From assembly GCA_020629635.1 (NCBI GenBank), contig JAHDCX010000002.1, positions 25,591 to 89,590 on the forward strand: 64,000 nucleotides of DNA, given 5' to 3'. The stretch comes from Acidimicrobiales bacterium. Lineage in GTDB: Bacteria > Actinomycetota > Acidimicrobiia > Acidimicrobiales > SHLQ01. The notes below the pieces were generated by a model. It did not search any database and was not told the origin of the DNA. It worked only from the letters and a program-made list of their open reading frames with translations. This document shows positions 56,141-64,000 of this stretch, piece after piece (position 1 is the first letter of the stretch; the number at the start of each line of letters is the position of its first letter). Position numbers and translations under genes: made by a program.

Positions 56141-58476
56141 GTCGAAGCGGTGCGCTCGACGGTGACTGTCGTGCCGCAGACCGGCGGAGCCAACACCTCG
56201 GTCGTTGGCCCCGTGATCTCGAACGACTGGACCGGTTCGAGACGATCTGACGCCGATCCGACGGCGACGGTCATCGATCCTGGCTCGACGACCCTCCGCA
56301 TGTCGCGATCGAAGAAGGCGAGCTGCGTCACCGGCACTTCGAATCGGACACCGCGTGTTTCGCCCGGCTCCAGCCCGATGCGGACGAAGCCTTCGAGCTG
56401 TCGGATCGGCCGTGTCACGCTCGCGCGATCGTCGGTCACGTAGAGCTGGACGACCTCATCCCCAGAACGTTTGCCGGTGTTGGTGACGCGGCAGGTCACC
56501 ACGACCGTGTCGGTCGCCTCCACCTGTGGGGTCGCGACGTCAACGTCGTGGATCGAGAACGTCGTGTAGGAGAGTCCGTGCCCGAACGCCCAGAGCGGCG
56601 TGTTGTCGCCATCGGCATACGTGACCTTCCAGCGCGACCGGCCTCCCGACGGGTGATGTCGGTAGTAGGAGGGGACCTGGCCGACGCCGCGCGGGAAGGT
56701 CACGGGCAGCTTGCCCCCCGGAGTGACGTCGCCGAGGAGTACTGAGGAGAGCCCCTCCGCTCCGTCGGCTCCGGGGAGCCAGCCGATCATGATCGCGTCG
56801 ACGAGGTCGACGTACGGATCGAGATGCAGTGGTCGTCCGCCGATCACGAGGACGACCGTCGGGGTGCCGGTGGAGGCAACCCGTTCGATGAGCTCACCCT
56901 GTCGGCCGAGCAAGGTGATGTCGAGACGATCTCGTGCCTCGCCGCACGTGCAGTCATCGGTGAGGCCCGAACGTTCTCCGACGACCACGACGGCAACGTC
57001 AGCTGCAGCGGCGATTGCTACCGCCTCGTCGATCTCCTCGTCCGTCGCATGCTGGAGAGAACCTCCCGCAGCGTGCGTGATGGTTGCGTCCGGAGCGAGG
57101 CGACGCATCGAGCCGAGGAAGGTCTCGATCTGGTCGAGTGGTGCCTCCATTCCCTCGGGAACCATTGCGTGCAGAGGATTGTCCTCGGCTTTCGAGAACT
57201 CGACGAGCGCCTCAATGTGGGTCTCGTAGGCGTAGTCGGCGAGCAGGTTGCGCGGATCGTCAGCGGAGGGTCCGACGACCGCGATGTGCGACGAACGTGA
57301 CAAGGGGAGCACGTCGTTGCGGTGATGGGTCAGCACGACGCTTCGAGCCGCAATGCGCACGGCCGCCTCCCGGTCGAACGCATCGTGGCGTCGCGCCGGG
57401 TCCTCAGGGTCGACCTCCGCATGATCGAACAATCCGAGCTCGAGCTTCTGGCGGAGCGTGCGAGTGACGGCACGATCGATGAGTCCCTCGTCGAGTCGAC
57501 CCGACGCAACCAGTTCGGTCAATCGTGGCCCGTAGGCGGCGGTGGACGGGAGCTCGACATCGATCCCGCCTTCCAGCGCCATGATCGCGGCCTGGTCGTA
57601 ATCGTCAGCGATCGCATGGCTGAGGACCAGCTCCTCGATCCCGTTGTAGTCCGACACGACCGTGCCATCGAACCCGAGTTCGTCTCGGAGTACGTCCTGC
57701 AGGAGCCATGAGTTGGCGGCGCACGGCACCGCATCGATCTCGTGGTAGGCGTGCATGAACGACTGCACGTTTGCCTCGCGGACCGCAGCTTCGTACGGAC
57801 GGAGGTGCACCTCTCGGAGTTCTCGTGGTCCGATGTGAGGTGGCGCAGCGTTCATACCTCCTTCGGGGACTCCGTGGGCCACGAAGTGTTTCGCCGTCGC
57901 AATGACGCCGGCCCCCAAGTCCCCGTCGCCCTGAAGACCACGTATGTACGCCGACGCCATCGCCGCGACAAGGTGAGGATCTTCTCCATACGTCTCTTCG
58001 ATCCGTCCCCAGCGCGGATCCCTGCCGATGTCGAGCACAGGAGCCAGGCCCTGATGTGTGCCCGCCGCACGCATCTGGCGTGCCGTGATGGTGGCGGCTT
58101 CCTTCGGAAGTGACGGATCGAACGACGCCGCCATTCCGATCGCCTGCGGGAACGACGTCGCTTCGGCAGCCATGAAGCCATCGAGGCATTCGTCGTGGAG
58201 CAGCGCCGGAATGCCGAGCCTCGTTTCGTTGGCGAGATAGGACTGAATGGCGTTGGCCGCCTCCGCGACGCCGCGGGGGTCGAGCGTCGATGCCCCGGAG
58301 ATGCGGGTGATCTGACCGATGCCCTTCGACAGCATCGCATCGAGCTTCTCCGGCACCAGGTTGTTGTTCGTGTCGAGCAGCTCGAATATCCAGCAGGAGC
58401 CGAGCTGGGCGATCTTCTCCTCCAGGGTCATGACCCGTACGAGGTCTTCGACCGTTCGTGGCGCAGTGTTGGTCAT
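56137..58476 (-). CDS. GH3 beta-glucosidase/beta-xylosidase
   Basis: Start MTNTAPRTVEDL. LEEKIAQL, GRDPRWGRIEETYGEDP, GTVVSDYNG (nucleophile Asp context). 779 aa. Confidence 0.9.
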   Translation of the reverse strand: MTNTAPRTVEDLVRVMTLEEKIAQLGSCWIFELLDTNNNLVPEKLDAMLSKGIGQITRISGASTLDPRGVAEAANAIQSYLANETRLGIPALLHDECLDGFMAAEATSFPQAIGMAASFDPSLPKEAATITARQMRAAGTHQGLAPVLDIGRDPRWGRIEETYGEDPHLVAAMASAYIRGLQGDGDLGAGVIATAKHFVAHGVPEGGMNAAPPHIGPRELREVHLRPYEAAVREANVQSFMHAYHEIDAVPCAANSWLLQDVLRDELGFDGTVVSDYNGIEELVLSHAIADDYDQAAIMALEGGIDVELPSTAAYGPRLTELVASGRLDEGLIDRAVTRTLRQKLELGLFDHAEVDPEDPARRHDAFDREAAVRIAARSVVLTHHRNDVLPLSRSSHIAVVGPSADDPRNLLADYAYETHIEALVEFSKAEDNPLHAMVPEGMEAPLDQIETFLGSMRRLAPDATITHAAGGSLQHATDEEIDEAVAIAAAADVAVVVVGERSGLTDDCTCGEARDRLDITLLGRQGELIERVASTGTPTVVLVIGGRPLHLDPYVDLVDAIMIGWLPGADGAEGLSSVLLGDVTPGGKLPVTFPRGVGQVPSYYRHHPSGGRSRWKVTYADGDNTPLWAFGHGLSYTTFSIHDVDVATPQVEATDTVVVTCRVTNTGKRSGDEVVQLYVTDDRASVTRPIRQLEGFVRIGLEPGETRGVRFEVPVTQLAFFDRDMRRVVEPGSMTVAVGSASDRLEPVQSFEITGPTTEVLAPPVCGTTVTVERTAST

Positions 58477-59321
58477 CCCTTGAGCGCTCCTTCCATGATT
58501 CCGCCGACGATCTGTTTGCCGAAGATGAGGAACACGATGAACAACGGGACGGTCCCGACGATCGTGCCTGCCATCTGGATCGCGTAGTCGGTGACATACG
58601 CCTGCTCTTGCACCTGTCGCAACGCCACCTGGACGGTGAATGCGTCCTGCTTGTTCAGGACGATCAGCGGCCAGAAGAAGTCGTTCCACATGAACATGAA
58701 CGCGAACAGCGCGAGCACTGACGCCTGCGGCCGAATCGAGGGGACGACGATGCTTCGAAAGGTCCGGAACGTGCCGGCGCCGTCGACTCGTGCGGCTTGG
58801 ATCAATTCGTCGGGCACGGCCGCGTCGATCGCCTGACGCATCCAGAACACGCCGAATGCGCTCACGGTGCCGGGCACGATCAAGGCCCGGAGGTCGTTGA
58901 CCCATCCGAGCCGGCTGATCAACAGAAACTGGGGGACGACGCCGAGCTGGAGCGGCACCATCATCGTGGCGATGATGATCACGAACAGCACGTTGCGGCC
59001 CTTGAACTGGATCTTGCTGAAGGCGTAGCCCGCAAGTGCAGAGAAGAACGTCTGTGCGAGTGCCGCCAGACTTGCGACGATCGCCGAGTTGAGCAGGGCC
59101 CGACCGAACGGCACGTTGTTGAACACGGTCCGGACGTTCTCCATGAACCGATCGCCGGGCACGAGCCTCGGTGGGACTTCGTTGATGACCGAGGTGTCGT
59201 TCGATGCAACGACGAACATCCAGTAGTACGGGAAGAACGACAGGACGGCGACGAGGAGCAGCAGGACGTAGGTGGTGATGCCGGGGCCCTTGCCAACCCG
59301 GCTCTTTCGCTTCGGCATCAT
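58473..59321 (-). CDS. Carbohydrate ABC transporter permease
   Basis: AARVDGAGTFRTFRSIVVP EAA loop. ATGA overlaps on both sides. Confidence 0.9.
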   Translation of the reverse strand: MMPKRKSRVGKGPGITTYVLLLLVAVLSFFPYYWMFVVASNDTSVINEVPPRLVPGDRFMENVRTVFNNVPFGRALLNSAIVASLAALAQTFFSALAGYAFSKIQFKGRNVLFVIIIATMMVPLQLGVVPQFLLISRLGWVNDLRALIVPGTVSAFGVFWMRQAIDAAVPDELIQAARVDGAGTFRTFRSIVVPSIRPQASVLALFAFMFMWNDFFWPLIVLNKQDAFTVQVALRQVQEQAYVTDYAIQMAGTIVGTVPLFIVFLIFGKQIVGGIMEGALKG

Positions 59322-60274
59322 GACGCGTCCTGCGAGATGCGACGGGTCACGAGGTAGTTCAACATTGCGAACGTGACGATGAGCAGGAACAACGCCCACG
59401 CGATCGCTGATGCGTAACCGAACTTGAATCGTTCGAAGCCCTGCTCGTAGAGGAACATCGTGAGCGTCTGGAATTGGCGCCGGTTTCCGCCTTGGGCGCC
59501 ACCGATGCCGCTGAACACGAGCGGCTCGGCGAAGATCTGCATGCCGCCGATCGTCGAGACGATGACGGTGAAGATGATCGTCGACCGAAGCTGCGGGATC
59601 GTCACGTGGACGAACTGGCGGAATGGTGATGCACCGTCGATCGACGCGCATTCGTACAGCGATCGCGGGATCGCCTGCATCGCCGAGAGGTAGATGAGCG
59701 AGTTGTACCCCGTCCATCGCCACATGACCATCGTCGAAACGGCGATGTGGCTCGACCAGGTGCCGACGCCGTAGTCGATCCGATCGCCGGTGATCGGCTC
59801 GACGACGAATGTGTTGATCAACCCGTAGTCCCGGCCGTACAGCTGAGTGAAGATGATGCCGACCGCAAGCACGGACGTGACCTGTGGCGACAAGACGATC
59901 ATCCGAAAGCCCGTCTTCATCTTGAGGAGCTGCCTGTTGAGCAGCGTCGCGAGCAAGAGCGCAAGGATGAGTTGCGGAATGGTGGAGATGAACCAGATCG
60001 AGAAGGTGTTCTTCGTGGCGTTCCAGAATCTCGGGTCGGTGATCAGGTTGGAGAAGTTCTCCAGCCCGGTGAACTCCTTCTCACCGATCGGATTCCAGTC
60101 GTGCATCGCGATCCAGAACGTGTAGAGGATCGGGAAGGCTCCGAAGATCGAGAAGATCACGAAGAACGGCGAGACGTAGGCGTAGGGAGCGGTCTTTCGC
60201 ACTCGATCCCACAGCGACTTCTTCGGGATGATCAGCTCGTCGGGCGGTCGAGCCGCGAGCGTCGTGTCGGTCAT
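59318..60274 (-). CDS. Carbohydrate ABC transporter permease
   Basis: Start MTDTTLAARPP. ECASIDGASPFRQFVHVTIP EAA loop. Confidence 0.9.
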   Translation of the reverse strand: MTDTTLAARPPDELIIPKKSLWDRVRKTAPYAYVSPFFVIFSIFGAFPILYTFWIAMHDWNPIGEKEFTGLENFSNLITDPRFWNATKNTFSIWFISTIPQLILALLLATLLNRQLLKMKTGFRMIVLSPQVTSVLAVGIIFTQLYGRDYGLINTFVVEPITGDRIDYGVGTWSSHIAVSTMVMWRWTGYNSLIYLSAMQAIPRSLYECASIDGASPFRQFVHVTIPQLRSTIIFTVIVSTIGGMQIFAEPLVFSGIGGAQGGNRRQFQTLTMFLYEQGFERFKFGYASAIAWALFLLIVTFAMLNYLVTRRISQDAS

Positions 60275-60350
60275 TGTTGGTCCCCTCGTTGGTTTCGTGG
60301 GGGGCGTGGCTGATCGAGTGACCAAACCACGCCCCCTCACGAACACTGCA

Positions 60351-61736
60351 TCAGCGGTCCAGCTCGAGCTGAATCTCTTCGAGTGCTGCGTCGTACGCCT
60401 CGTCAGCGCTGAGTTCGCCGGTTTCGACCCGGTCGAGGGCCGAGCCGAACGCATCGGCAATCGTCCGCTCCTCGACGCCCTCGAAGATCGGCGTCAGGGC
60501 AAGGATGGCGTCCTTGTAGATCTGGCCGACGGGAGCGTCATTGAAGAATGGGTTCGTGAACGAAAGCAGTTCGTCCGACTCGTAGGTGTCGACCGTGCCC
60601 GGGAAGTTGCCGTTCTCGACGAACACCCGGAGCTGATTCTCTGGTCCGAGAATCGTCTGAATCAGGTCGTAGGCGAGCTCAGGGTTCTCGGCTGCCGCAG
60701 GAACGGTGAGCTGTGAGCCACCCCAGTTGCCTCCGGACTCGGGAAGGGTGGTGACGTCCCAGAGACCGGCCGTGTCGGGAGCATTCGACTGGATGTAGTT
60801 CATCATCCATGCGGGTGCGAGCTGGACGGCGTAGCCGCCCTCTGCCATGGCCGCATTCCACTCACCGGAGAATCCGGGCAGGTTGGCCGACAGATTCCGG
60901 TTCGCGGCCTCTGCAGCGAGCATGAAGTCCGCCTTGACCTTGTCGCTCGAGTCGTAGATGAGGCTTCCGTCGTTGCCGAAGTAGCGCTCGCCGCCCTGGG
61001 CACCGAGTGTGGAGTAGAGGACGCCGGCGTCGTCGATGAAGGGTTCGCCCGTGGCCTCGACGTACTGCTCGCCAACATCGAGGAAGTCTTCCCAGCTGCT
61101 CCAGAGTCCGGCGACCTCGTCGCGATCGGTCGGGAGACCAGCGGCCTCGAACTTGTCCCAACGATAGGCAAGGGCGAGTCCGCCAACGTCGGTTGGAATG
61201 CCGATCACGGTGCCATCAGCGGAGACGCCCTGTTCCCAGCGCCAGTCGACGTAGTCACCCTTGATGTCGTCTGCGCCGAAGTCGCGAAGATCGGTGAACA
61301 CGGTCGGGCTGGTCTTGAACAGCGAGCTGTAGCCAACCTCGACGACAGCGATGTCGGGAACCTCGCCTGCGACGAGCGCAGTCAGGAGTCCCTCGTGATG
61401 AGCCGCATAGTCCGAGGTCTTGATCTCGATGCTCACGCCGTTCTCGGCCGCCCACTCGTCCATCGAATCCTCGAGGCCGGTGGCACCGAATGTCCACACC
61501 TGCAAGGTCACGTCGGATTCGGCGTCGCCTCCTTGGGTGACCTGGGTGGTCGTGGTGGTATCTGCGGGCTCTTCGTCGCTCGAGTCGTCGCTCGAGTCGT
61601 TGGTTTCGGTCTCGGCCGTCTCGTCGCTGGATGCCGATGAGTCGGTGGTGTCACCGCCATCGGATCCGCAGGCTGCTGCGAGCATTGCGAGCGCCGCCAG
61701 GATGGCGAGCAGGCGATGCAGACGTTGTGTCGTCAC
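60351..61736 (-). CDS. Sugar ABC transporter substrate-binding lipoprotein with acidic Ser/Asp/Thr linker
   Basis: GTG 61736. LLAILAALAMLAAACGSDGG lipobox. Family-1 SBP body. Confidence 0.85.
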   Translation of the reverse strand: MTTQRLHRLLAILAALAMLAAACGSDGGDTTDSSASSDETAETETNDSSDDSSDEEPADTTTTTQVTQGGDAESDVTLQVWTFGATGLEDSMDEWAAENGVSIEIKTSDYAAHHEGLLTALVAGEVPDIAVVEVGYSSLFKTSPTVFTDLRDFGADDIKGDYVDWRWEQGVSADGTVIGIPTDVGGLALAYRWDKFEAAGLPTDRDEVAGLWSSWEDFLDVGEQYVEATGEPFIDDAGVLYSTLGAQGGERYFGNDGSLIYDSSDKVKADFMLAAEAANRNLSANLPGFSGEWNAAMAEGGYAVQLAPAWMMNYIQSNAPDTAGLWDVTTLPESGGNWGGSQLTVPAAAENPELAYDLIQTILGPENQLRVFVENGNFPGTVDTYESDELLSFTNPFFNDAPVGQIYKDAILALTPIFEGVEERTIADAFGSALDRVETGELSADEAYDAALEEIQLELDR

Positions 61737-61808
61737 TTCTCTTCCCCTCTCTGTGGCCTGCAACGCGCAGGCAAGGTCGGGATCGACCCTAGAGAAGGTC
61801 TCCCCTTC

Positions 61809-61824
61809 TTGCAAGCGATTGCAA
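61809..61824. promoter_or_regulatory. LacI-type operator candidate O1
   Basis: ttgcaagcgattgcaa (14 of 16 palindromic), 73 nt upstream of the SBP start. Confidence 0.5.
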
Positions 61825-61928
61825 ACAGTGTGACGAGCGTTACGGATCGAGATCTGTTGATTTATCAATCGTGAAGGAGTCGTCAGATTCCTTGAATTCT
61901 CGAACGCAAGGACGTCGCGTTCTCCTGT

Positions 61929-61944
61929 TTCCAAGCGCTTGCAC
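61929..61944. promoter_or_regulatory. LacI-type operator candidate O2
   Basis: ttccaagcgcttgcac with a perfect caagcgcttg core, 48 nt upstream of the LacI-family gene. Shares 13 of 16 nt with O1. Confidence 0.5.
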
Positions 61945-61991
61945 ATCGCCGACTTGCAGAGGGCGCGGGTCGTCTGCGCTATGGTGCCCGC

Positions 61992-63047
61992 GTGTCAGAC
62001 CGAGATCAGGTCACCATTTTCGACGTCGCAAAGACCGCTGGCGTTTCCGGCTCGACGGTGTCTCGCGTGGTCAACGGATATGAGCACATCGCCCCCCGGA
62101 CTCGAGCGAAGGTGCTCGCGGCCATGGAAGAACTCGGCTACGTCGCCGACACGCGCGCTCGCTCACTCGCCGGCGGCAAGACGAACGTGATCGGGGTGCT
62201 CGTCGATGGAATGGGGAGCGCGTTCATGACGGAGTTGCTCCGCGGAATCGACGACGCGATCTCCTCGAGCGGCATGGACATGATGCTTTGCACGACCAAC
62301 AGCCGAGTCGGCAAAGAAGTCGAGTACGCCACGAAGCTGGCGAACGGCATGGTCGACGGGCTCGTCGTTGCGATCCCCAGCGAGTTGTCCCTCTACCTGT
62401 CGACTCTGAAGGACCGATCGGTCCCACACGTGCTGATCGACATCGACAACGAGGATCGTGACACGTCGATGGTGAAGGTCGACAACCGATCCGGCGCACG
62501 GCGAATGACCGAGCATCTCCTCGGACTTGGGCACCGACGAATTTCGATGATCACGGGAAATCTCGATGTCGAGTCGGCGCGCGAGAGAATCGTCGGATTT
62601 CGGGAGGCAATGGCCGATGCCGGGCTCGTGGACACTGACGAGCTCGTCGTCCCAGGCGACTTCAACCGGCCGAGTGGATACGAGGCTGCAGTTGAGCTGC
62701 TCGCTCGCCCAGTTCCGCCGACGGCCATTTTTGCGTCAAGTGACGAAATGGCCTTTGGGGTGATGCGGGCCGCTGCCGAGCGCGGAATGCTGGTCCCCGA
62801 GCATCTGACCGTTGTCGGATTCGACGATGTTCCCGAGTCATCGTGGGTCCAGCCGGCCCTCACAACCGTACGACAGCCGATCCAGGAGATCGGCCGACGA
62901 GCCATCGGCCTCTTACTCGATGAGATTCGATCGCCGGGAGGTGGCGCCGTCTCGCTCGAGCTGAAGACCTCGCTCGTCGCTCGTGCGAGCAGCGGCCCAC
63001 CGAGCGACGTGGGGGCAATGCAACGTCACACTGCACCCCAGTCGTAG
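61992..63047 (+). CDS. LacI-family transcriptional regulator
   Basis: VTIFDVAKTAGVSGSTVSRVVNG HTH plus a periplasmic-binding-fold core. Confidence 0.9.
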   Translation: MSDRDQVTIFDVAKTAGVSGSTVSRVVNGYEHIAPRTRAKVLAAMEELGYVADTRARSLAGGKTNVIGVLVDGMGSAFMTELLRGIDDAISSSGMDMMLCTTNSRVGKEVEYATKLANGMVDGLVVAIPSELSLYLSTLKDRSVPHVLIDIDNEDRDTSMVKVDNRSGARRMTEHLLGLGHRRISMITGNLDVESARERIVGFREAMADAGLVDTDELVVPGDFNRPSGYEAAVELLARPVPPTAIFASSDEMAFGVMRAAAERGMLVPEHLTVVGFDDVPESSWVQPALTTVRQPIQEIGRRAIGLLLDEIRSPGGGAVSLELKTSLVARASSGPPSDVGAMQRHTAPQS

Positions 63048-63499
63048 TTCTGCTTGATGACCCGCAGATACGTCAGGGTCTCGACCGTGCGAACACCGCG
63101 GACGCTTCGGATCTTCGTGTCGATGACCTCGAGGAGATGCGCGGCGTCGGTGCACACGACCTCGGCCAGCACGTCGTAGCGGCCCGACGCGATGACGACG
63201 TACTCGAGTTCGTCGATCTGGCCGAGCTTCTCGGCGGTCGCCGACACCTCGTTCTCCACCCGAATCCCGAGCAGCGCCTGATAGGCGTAGCCGAGTGCCA
63301 TCGGATCGGTGACGGCGACGATGGTCATCACGCCTCGATCGATGAGTCGGTTCACCCGCTGTCGGGTAGCCGCCTCACTCAGGCCGATGATCGGGGCCAG
63401 CTGCGCGTACGGAAGACGCCCATCGACCTGGAGCTCGCGTACGATCGCCTTGTCGATCTCGTCGAGATCGTGGCGTCGCGTCGGCGCAAGCGACGTCAC
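63026..63499 (-). CDS. Lrp/AsnC-family regulator
   Basis: DKAIVRELQVDGRLPYAQLAPIIGLSEAATRQRVNRLIDRGVM plus a RAM domain. The 3' end overlaps the LacI-family gene by 22 nt. Confidence 0.85.
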   Translation of the reverse strand: MTSLAPTRRHDLDEIDKAIVRELQVDGRLPYAQLAPIIGLSEAATRQRVNRLIDRGVMTIVAVTDPMALGYAYQALLGIRVENEVSATAEKLGQIDELEYVVIASGRYDVLAEVVCTDAAHLLEVIDTKIRSVRGVRTVETLTYLRVIKQNYDWGAV

Positions 63500-64000
63500 G
63501 ATCCGCTCGCTGTCAGCGAATCCATGCGAGCCATCGCTTCGGTCAGCGCTTGGTGAATCACGCTCGCCATGCGGTCGAACTCTTCCTGCCCTGCGATGAG
63601 GGGAGGGGAAAGCTGAATGACGGGTTCGCCTCGGGCGTCAGCTCGACACAGCAGGCCGAGATCGGCCAGTCGAAGGGAGAGGAATCCCCGGATGAGCTGC
63701 TCCGCCTCCGTGTCGCTGAAGAAGATGCCCTTGTCGACGTCCTTCATCAGCTCGATGCCGTAGAAGTAGCCCATGCCGCGGACCTCGCTCACGATCGGCA
63801 GGTCGGCGAGGGGGGACAAGGCGTCCATGAAGGCGGACGCGTTGTCGCGCACATGGGCAAGCAGGTTCTCGTCTTCGATGATGTCGAGGTTGGCCAACGC
63901 CACGGCGCAGCTCACCGGGTGGCCCGCGAAGGTGAAGCCGTGCTGGAACACATGGTCGGTGTCGGCGAAGGGCTCGGCGACCTTGTCGCTCACGAGCACC
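63496..64000 (-). CDS. Class III (omega) aminotransferase, C-terminal part (gene continues beyond the window)
   Basis: FQHGFTFAGHPVSCAVALANLDII, VRGMGYFYGIEL, IQLSPPLI. ATGA-type overlap with the Lrp start. Confidence 0.85.
   Translation of the reverse strand, partial: VLVSDKVAEPFADTDHVFQHGFTFAGHPVSCAVALANLDIIEDENLLAHVRDNASAFMDALSPLADLPIVSEVRGMGYFYGIELMKDVDKGIFFSDTEAEQLIRGFLSLRLADLGLLCRADARGEPVIQLSPPLIAGQEEFDRMASVIHQALTEAMARMDSLTASGS

Overview
High-GC, gene-dense chromosomal segment that looks actinobacterial (inferred from gene content: ask/asd, MoxR-DUF58-DUF4129, RamB-type regulator, LLM and MpaB oxygenases). I support about 70 protein-coding genes. Many are translationally coupled through ATGA/GTGA start-stop overlaps, and several convergent gene pairs overlap at their 3' ends. 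I found no rRNA, tRNA, CRISPR array, transposase or integrase. Recognisable core genes are xseAB, aat, lysC/ask, asd, rnz, glnS, potABCD, an amino-acid ABC transporter, a LacI-controlled xylan/xyloside locus (GH10, GH3, ABC importer) and an indolepyruvate:ferredoxin oxidoreductase with its Lrp regulator. Main second-look items: (1) a 33-nt nested palindrome present twice (32 of 33 identical, opposite orientation) at 30.6 and 35.5 kb, with a third partial copy at 32.7 kb, bracketing two gene modules; (2) a photolyase/cryptochrome-like protein whose domain order appears permuted, coupled to a flavin reductase and a deacetylase-family enzyme; (3) a seven-gene, tightly coupled oxidative operon of unknown substrate at 35.6-41.4 kb; (4) a TPR-CHAT caspase-like protease co-transcribed with a 119-aa protein and a candidate 33-aa membrane peptide; (5) a degenerate, truncated malate-synthase relic beside a RamB-type regulator; (6) ask and asd separated by a 9-kb block containing a five-gene MoxR module. 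Gene starts are often ambiguous, and short-motif coordinates read by eye may be off by 1-2 nt.
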